Assembly: GCA_963169695.1 (NCBI GenBank)
Contig: CAUJDS010000076.1
Location: forward strand, 14,452 to 46,451
Source: Bdellovibrionota bacterium
GTDB taxonomy: Bacteria > Bdellovibrionota > UBA1018 > CAUJDS01
Reading direction: 5' to 3'
Length of the DNA stretch: 32,000 nt
Part shown: positions 8,275 to 13,299 of the stretch, piece after piece
Numbering within the stretch: the stretch's first letter is position 1
Layout: every line of letters begins with the position of its first letter
The notes under the pieces: generated by a model
Database searches by the model: none
Told to the model about the DNA's origin: nothing
The model's input: only the letters and a program-made list of their open reading frames with translations
Position numbers and translations under genes: made by a program

Positions 8275-9102
8275 TTAGAGCAATTGCAACGCTTTATTAG
8301 GCGCTGAATTTGCTTGAGCTAGAACGGAGATTCCTGCGTGGCTCAGAATGTTCTCACGAGTGAGTTCTGAGGTTGCAAGAGCGATGTCCGTGTCTGCAAT
8401 TCGGCTGCGAGCTTGAGACTGCATTTCTTGAGAAATTCTCAAGTTATTGACCGATGATTGCAGCTTATTCTGCATGGCTCCAAGGTTAGCTCGACCGGCA
8501 TTGAGCCTGTCGAACGCCTTGTCCACTGATTCGAGCATCTCTCTAGCTGAATCCTTAGATTCGGTAGAGGCACCATTGATTCCCAATGTATCCGTGCTGA
8601 GATCGTTCTCGCTGACTTTGAATACGACGCGAGACTCTTCACCCGATCGGATACCAACTTGGAACTCAAGGTCCTTGCCGCCACTGCTAAGCAGAGGAGT
8701 ACCGTTGAATTCTGTAACTTTTGCTATGCGATCTACTTCATCCTTCAAAGACTGAACTTCTTTGTCGATGAAACCTCGCTCGGTGTCGCCAATGGTGTCC
8801 GAAGCAGCTTGAATCGCAAGTTCGCGCATACGAACGAGGATGTTGCTAGCTTCAAACATTCCACCTTCTGCTACTTGCACGAGAGAAATGCCGTCATTCG
8901 CATTTCTTTCTGCTTGAGCAGTGGATCGCAACTGAGCACGCATGTTTTCACTAATGGACAAGCCTGCGGCATCGTCACCAGCATTGATGATTCGATTTCC
9001 TGAGGCAATTCTTTGATATTGCTTCGATTGCTTTTCACCCGTAGACGCCAATTGTCTTTGAGTTGCCAGCGAAGCGGTATTGGTCGCTATTCTTAAGCCC
9101 AT
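8275..9102 (-). CDS. fliC: flagellin (short, about 275 aa, lacking a large variable domain)
   Basis: MGLRIATNTASLATQRQL...GNRIINAGDDAAGLSISENMRAQLRS...ANDGISLVQVAEGG N-terminus and C-terminal ...RIADTDIALATSELTRENILSHAGISVLAQANSAPNKALQLL are canonical flagellin D0/D1. SD AAGGAG lies 8 nt upstream. Confidence 0.96.
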   Translation of the reverse strand: MGLRIATNTASLATQRQLASTGEKQSKQYQRIASGNRIINAGDDAAGLSISENMRAQLRSTAQAERNANDGISLVQVAEGGMFEASNILVRMRELAIQAASDTIGDTERGFIDKEVQSLKDEVDRIAKVTEFNGTPLLSSGGKDLEFQVGIRSGEESRVVFKVSENDLSTDTLGINGASTESKDSAREMLESVDKAFDRLNAGRANLGAMQNKLQSSVNNLRISQEMQSQARSRIADTDIALATSELTRENILSHAGISVLAQANSAPNKALQLL

Positions 9103-9348
9103 GATGGCTACTCCTTAATTAAGCGCGGGTAGTCCTTGAGTCCATGCTCACCAGGAACTGGCGAAGCTGCACGCAGAGCCGCCCGAGCTGTTTAAAGTAA
9201 TCCGTCTGTGTTGGGGTTCAAATGAGCTGCGCAGGATGGCGCCTTGGTGGGTGCCGACTTTCCGACCCCTTCCAACAAAAGGGGTCGAACGCGAGGAGCA
9301 GACGATTTTTTCATCTCCCGAAGGACAATCCCTCTTGAGACAATACAC

Positions 9349-9375
9349 TGATCGGCTGCGTTACTGAATACTTGA
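9349..9375 (-). promoter_or_regulatory. sigma28 (FliA)-type promoter of flagellin gene 8275..9102
   Basis: Minus strand reads TCAA-GTATTCAGTAACGCA(15 nt)-GCCGATCA, versus consensus TAAA/TCAA-N15-GCCGATAA. It lies about 245 nt upstream of the start codon. Confidence 0.65.
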
Positions 9376-9412
9376 GTATTATGGTATTATTTAACAATTG
9401 ACCCAAGGTCCT

Positions 9413-9464
9413 GAAATAAAAAGGTTTCCTGGAGCGAAGTTCCTTGGGGAAGCTCCGCTCCAGG
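9413..9464 (-). terminator. rho-independent terminator of flagellin gene 9484..10314
   Basis: 37-nt imperfect hairpin at 9428..9464 with perfect 9-bp outer arms CCTGGAGCG/CGCTCCAGG. On the minus strand it is followed by AAACCTTTTTATTTCAG. It starts 20 nt past the stop codon. Confidence 0.7.
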
Positions 9465-9483
9465 ATCCCAGTACTCTGATGGC

Positions 9484-10314
9484 TTAGATTAGCTTGAGAG
9501 CTAACTGACTATTGGCGTTCGCTTGACCGAGGACCGACGTACCAGCGTTAGCAAGAATGTTATTCTTGGTAAGCTCAGATACTTCAGACGCGATGTCGGC
9601 ATCATAGATGCGACTTCGGGCAGCGGACAAGTTTTCGTCATAGATCTTCAAGTTGTTGATGCTCGACTCTAATCGATTCTGAAGTGCACCCAGGTGAGCG
9701 CGGTTTTCAGAAAGTTTAGAGATCGACTTGTCGATCATGTCTAGGTTGTTTTGAGCAGACTCTTTCGTTAGTGCCGAGACATCGGAGAGTCCCAGTGACT
9801 CAAGTCCGGTCTGTGTCTCAGTCGTATTGTAGACGAAGCGGTCATGCTCTGGGTTGTTATGTGTACCCACTTGGATTTCAACAATACCACCTTCACCCGA
9901 AAGCAAGGCACGGCCGTTGAATTCCGTCGTCTTAGAGATACGATCCACTTCATTCTTCAACTGCTGAACCTCCTTGTCGACAAAGCCTCGCTCGGTGTCG
10001 CCAATCGTGTCAGAAGCAGCCTGAATAGAAAGCTCTCTGAAACGAATCAGAATATTTCCAACTTCGTTGAGGCCCCCTTCAGCTACTTGAACCATCGATA
10101 CGCCGTCTTGGGCGTTTCGAACGTCCTGACGAATCGAACGAACTTGCGCTCGCATTGTTTCAGAAATCGCCAAGCCAGCGGCATCGTCAGCAGCTCGAGT
10201 AATTCGAGCACCTGATGCCAATCGCTCTTGAGTACGACCAACTTGATTGTTGGTGTTACCAAGATGACGCTGCGCAGCAATTGACTGCGTATTTGTCGCA
10301 ATTCTCATTCCCAT
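9484..10314 (-). CDS. fliC: flagellin (second tandem paralogue, about 276 aa)
   Basis: MGMRIATNTQSIAAQRHL...ARITRAADDAAGLAISETMRAQVRS...AQDGVSMVQVAEGG and C-terminal ...RIYDADIASEVSELTKNNILANAGTSVLGQANANSQLALKLI. Start chosen at ATG 10314..10312, 5 nt after AGGAG. The track's GTG at 10320 overlaps the SD. Confidence 0.96.
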   Translation of the reverse strand: MGMRIATNTQSIAAQRHLGNTNNQVGRTQERLASGARITRAADDAAGLAISETMRAQVRSIRQDVRNAQDGVSMVQVAEGGLNEVGNILIRFRELSIQAASDTIGDTERGFVDKEVQQLKNEVDRISKTTEFNGRALLSGEGGIVEIQVGTHNNPEHDRFVYNTTETQTGLESLGLSDVSALTKESAQNNLDMIDKSISKLSENRAHLGALQNRLESSINNLKIYDENLSAARSRIYDADIASEVSELTKNNILANAGTSVLGQANANSQLALKLI

Positions 10315-10421
10315 ACACACTCCTATAAAGAAGTATACATACCAAATTACTTTGGTATATTTACTATTTGTTTCGATAATTTACTGGATATGCTGTACCC
10401 AGAAAAACCATCTTGTTGACT

Positions 10422-10448
10422 ATTTCGGTATGTTACTAAGAAACTTTA
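10422..10448 (-). promoter_or_regulatory. sigma28 (FliA)-type promoter of flagellin gene 9484..10314
   Basis: Minus strand reads TAAAGTTT-CTTAGTAACAT(11 nt)-ACCGAAAT. The enteric consensus is TAAAGTTT-N11-GCCGATAA, so the -35 is exact and the CCGA core is present in the -10. The leader is about 100 nt. Confidence 0.6.
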
Positions 10449-10477
10449 GACTATTTTAGTATGGTATTAGGATCGGA

Positions 10478-11299
10478 CTAGAGATCAGAGAACTCGGGGT
10501 CAATTTCTAAGCCTGCTTCGACATCCCAGTTGGTATCGAATTCATCGACCGGATCCTGGGCCATTGCCGAGCCGGAAGTAGGACTAGGCGCTGCAACCCT
10601 AGCTGGAGCCACAGGGGTCGGCTCTGCCATTACTGGAACACGAAGCCCGTACTTCTCAAGCACTGACCCGGTCTGTTCAGCTGGCCGTCTCCAAATCGAA
10701 GAAGGATCTGGGCCCGTCTCAACTAGAAGCGCGGTCATATCAGGCGAAAGCGTTAGTGACTGGTAGAAAACTTGTTCACTCAATTTGCGATACTCGTGGA
10801 TCGCCCAACGAAGGTAACGAGTGTCTTGAAATTCCTTCTGAAATGCTCGAGCAGTAGGAATCAAGGTGCTAAACGCCGACAAAACCTGTTTCTGCTTTTC
10901 GAGTATAGATTCCGTTTTTTCTAGCGAGGTGTGCAACTGCCTAAGGCCATCATAAAAGCACCAGTGCGCCTTGACGGGTTCATCAGCCACCCACTCCAGG
11001 GCACCTCGATCTCTTTCGTCCCGACTGACGGTTTTCTCATTGAGTGTCTGGAGCACTTTCTCACACCCCTTCCAGACGTCCGGACTAGGGACGTCTGGGC
11101 CTAGGAATACCGCTTCCAGATCAGCCCACTCATACCCAGAAGGATGACGCACTCCGGCAATTTCCGGGACCACCGGAAGTGGCTCTAATGGCGGAACTTC
11201 CTTCGTAGTCGAGCAAGACGCTATGGTAAATCCAATGCTCATCATCAGGAACAATCTAGCAATTTCAGATAGATACATTGTTCGTACCATTTCAGTCAA
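10478..11299 (-). CDS. hypothetical lipoprotein (start uncertain: TTG 11299, ATG 11290 or ATG 11278)
   Basis: Lipoprotein signal (..LFLMMSIGFTIAS|C), a Pro-rich linker and an acidic C-terminus (DPVDEFDTNWDVEAGLEIDPEFSDL). No family recognised. A sigma28-like promoter abuts the 5' end. Confidence 0.65.
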   Translation of the reverse strand: MTEMVRTMYLSEIARLFLMMSIGFTIASCSTTKEVPPLEPLPVVPEIAGVRHPSGYEWADLEAVFLGPDVPSPDVWKGCEKVLQTLNEKTVSRDERDRGALEWVADEPVKAHWCFYDGLRQLHTSLEKTESILEKQKQVLSAFSTLIPTARAFQKEFQDTRYLRWAIHEYRKLSEQVFYQSLTLSPDMTALLVETGPDPSSIWRRPAEQTGSVLEKYGLRVPVMAEPTPVAPARVAAPSPTSGSAMAQDPVDEFDTNWDVEAGLEIDPEFSDL

Positions 11300-11300
11300 C

Positions 11301-11328
11301 TTATCGGCAAAACCTTGACGCAGATTGA
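11301..11328 (-). promoter_or_regulatory. sigma28-type promoter for lipoprotein gene 10478..11299
   Basis: Minus strand reads TCAA-N16-GCCGATAA. The -10 is a perfect consensus and the spacer is 1 nt longer than canonical. The -10 ends only 2-11 nt before the candidate start codons, implying a very short or absent leader. Confidence 0.5.
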
Positions 11329-11348
11329 GCTTAACTAGGTTGCGGGAC

Positions 11349-11375
11349 TCAAGCCCCCGGCCAAAAAGCCGAAAA
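11349..11375 (+). promoter_or_regulatory. sigma28-type promoter for the seven-gene operon 11412..18571
   Basis: Plus strand reads TCAA-GCCCCCGGCCAAAAA(15 nt)-GCCGAAAA. This is the same TCAA-N15-GCCGA architecture as the flagellin promoter at 9349..9375. It ends 37 nt before ATG 11412, which is preceded by GAAGGTG. Confidence 0.55.
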
Positions 11376-11411
11376 GTCTAATGAGGACAAAAGGATAATG
11401 AAGGTGCCTCG

Positions 11412-12599
11412 ATGATGTTTTTCAAAATGAACGTCGCAAGCGGTGCGAAAATTTCTCTCTTTTTTGGGATGGCGGTATTCCTTTTGCACCTCTTTGCCTA
11501 CGCTGGCGACGACACAAGCCCCGCAATTAATCCTCCAGCGGAAGAACAACAACTTCCAAAATCCGAGGGAGCAAAATCGCAACTGAAAGCTCCAGCAACC
11601 AGTACTCACAGCAGAAATTTCTATCAAGTCCTGGAAGATGTACTTGGGGATTTTGAGTACGACCTCAACAATGGGCAAGTCCAAGGCCTAAAGGGGCTCG
11701 CGATACGCTCTATTGCCACCAGTGAAAACGTACCACCTTCATTCAAAGACCACATTGACCTCTTGATCAAAGAACGCGTTTTGAGTTCAACCAAGAACAA
11801 GATCATTAATTGCATTCAGTGTCGTTCTCAAAATGCCGTACTCAACGGAGACCAAGTTACCATCTCATCTCCGCAATCCAATCCTGCAGAGCTCAATCGG
11901 ATTGCCAAACAAATGGGCATCGATCACTTCATGGACGTCGCATTTGCCTACCAACCGAATGGCCTCATTTTATCGCTCAGTATTTCTGAAACGGACGGCA
12001 GTGATTCCGTGATTTGGTCACGAAGTTACAACTCTGAAACCTCGCGAGCGTCAGCATTTCGAAGAGGGGTTGACTACAACCAACTCGACGAAGCCAGAAA
12101 GAGCGTTGAGTACCAGCCGACCGTAGTGTATCGCCCAACGCTTTACTACCTCTTTGAGAACGATACGACGGGTTACGTGGGCACACTGGGCTTCGCTTTC
12201 CGAATGGTGGAACGCTATGACAACCGCAAAAAAGAAGTGGGATTTGAACTGAACTACCTCATGGACAGCGGATCTCTTGTCGGAAGCACGAGCACTTCTG
12301 ACTCTGTTTTTCGCAGCTTCAATATTACGCTCTTATTTGTTCATTCCTGGAATTTGATCGGTGACGTTGAATCTTACAATCAGGTGAGAGGCAGCGTCTT
12401 CACTGCAGTAGGAGGCACTTACGGATCAGGTTTCCTTGGAGCAGTTGTTCGTGGTGGATATGAGTGGCGCCTAGGCAAGCATTGGGCAGTGCAGGGTCTT
12501 TTGGGGTACCGTCCACAGGCTTCAAAATTTCTAAACGGGGTAGCATCTGGGTCCGTTTCTGGCTTTGAATTCGGAGTGGGGATCAGTGCACTGTACTAA
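11412..12599 (+). CDS. predicted outer-membrane protein: FlgO/CsgG/LpoB-like alpha-beta domain fused to a C-terminal beta-barrel
   Basis: Signal peptide (..FFGMAVFLLHLFAYA|G). The N-domain (LKGLAIRSIATSENVPPSFKDHIDLLIKERVLS ... AELNRIAKQMGIDHFMDVAFAYQPNGLILSLSISETDGSDSVIWSRSY) fits the recalled CsgG/FlgO/LpoB-type pattern. The C-terminal ~170 aa have alternating amphipathic strands and end in ..GFEFGVGISALY (aromatic terminus typical of OMPs). Confidence 0.6.
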   Translation: MMFFKMNVASGAKISLFFGMAVFLLHLFAYAGDDTSPAINPPAEEQQLPKSEGAKSQLKAPATSTHSRNFYQVLEDVLGDFEYDLNNGQVQGLKGLAIRSIATSENVPPSFKDHIDLLIKERVLSSTKNKIINCIQCRSQNAVLNGDQVTISSPQSNPAELNRIAKQMGIDHFMDVAFAYQPNGLILSLSISETDGSDSVIWSRSYNSETSRASAFRRGVDYNQLDEARKSVEYQPTVVYRPTLYYLFENDTTGYVGTLGFAFRMVERYDNRKKEVGFELNYLMDSGSLVGSTSTSDSVFRSFNITLLFVHSWNLIGDVESYNQVRGSVFTAVGGTYGSGFLGAVVRGGYEWRLGKHWAVQGLLGYRPQASKFLNGVASGSVSGFEFGVGISALY

Positions 12600-13299
12600 G
12601 AAGATCATACTCGCACTCAAGCTCTTCGGACTTTACGCACTTGGCGCCACAGCATGCTCGTCTATCCTAAGTTCATCCGATGATGGACAAGCTGGCGCAC
12701 CGATAGACAATCCTTTTGGAAATTTTTATGAGGAATCCAATAAATCCAATCAGGGCGTCATTTTGCGCTCCCGCAAAGGGGCTCAGACCGTCGAAGTAGA
12801 ACTCCCAAAAGAAGGCCACGACCGTACAAACTTTGTCATACCTATGACTGCCGGATCTTTTCAACCACCGGCCAACCAAACGGCTAGTGCCCAAAACTAT
12901 TCTCATTACCGCTCCGGCCTATCCGACCGAGAAATTGCCGGGACTTTTCCAAAAGGAAGCCCCGAGCAAGTCCAAAAACGTTCTGAAATGGAACGAGATT
13001 TGGGTCTTATTCCTTCTCAGAATGATTCTCCAACCAACGATCAAAGCTATTTGGGATCCATCGATCAAGTGAAGATTCTGTATCGTCAGGGCCGGTACGA
13101 GGCTGGCCTTATTGAAATTGACCAGATACTGCGCCGCTATCCAACGGATCCGAGACTGCACGAAATGCGTGGCACTCTTTTGGATCGAATGGGCCAAAAG
13201 GAACTGGCCCGACAAGCTTGGAATCAGTCCTTAGAACTTGAACCCAATAACGAAGGACTCAAGAGATTTCTCACTCGTAGAATTGCGAGCAAACCATGA
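12586..13299 (+). CDS. TPR-repeat lipoprotein
   Basis: GTG 12586 lies 9 nt after GGAG and gives VHCTKKIILALKLFGLYALGATA|C (lipobox). The C-terminus carries TPR motifs (ILYRQGRYEAGLIEIDQILRRYPTDPRLHEMRGTLLDRMGQKELARQAWNQSLELEPNN). It overlaps the upstream gene by 14 nt and the downstream gene by ATGA. Confidence 0.7.
   Translation: MHCTKKIILALKLFGLYALGATACSSILSSSDDGQAGAPIDNPFGNFYEESNKSNQGVILRSRKGAQTVEVELPKEGHDRTNFVIPMTAGSFQPPANQTASAQNYSHYRSGLSDREIAGTFPKGSPEQVQKRSEMERDLGLIPSQNDSPTNDQSYLGSIDQVKILYRQGRYEAGLIEIDQILRRYPTDPRLHEMRGTLLDRMGQKELARQAWNQSLELEPNNEGLKRFLTRRIASKP

Noticed and set aside
9148-9348. 66-aa minus-strand ORF in the flagellin intergenic region
   Set aside because: It starts with GTG inside the predicted sigma28 -10 element, upstream of the likely transcription start. 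It has no SD and a Ser/Arg/Cys/Gly-rich, non-protein-like composition. It is better explained as part of a GC-rich structured leader.
8439-10301. Overlapping ORFs inside the two flagellin genes, antisense on the plus strand and alternate-frame on the minus strand (for example 8447..8755, 8659..9003, 9844..10215, 10083..10301)
   Set aside because: All are nested within canonical flagellin reading frames, have low-complexity Ser/Leu/Arg-rich translations, and lack start contexts.
11349-11684. 111-aa minus-strand ORF across the start of the operon's first gene
   Set aside because: It overlaps both the sigma28-like promoter and the well-supported plus-strand signal-peptide gene. It has no SD or family resemblance.
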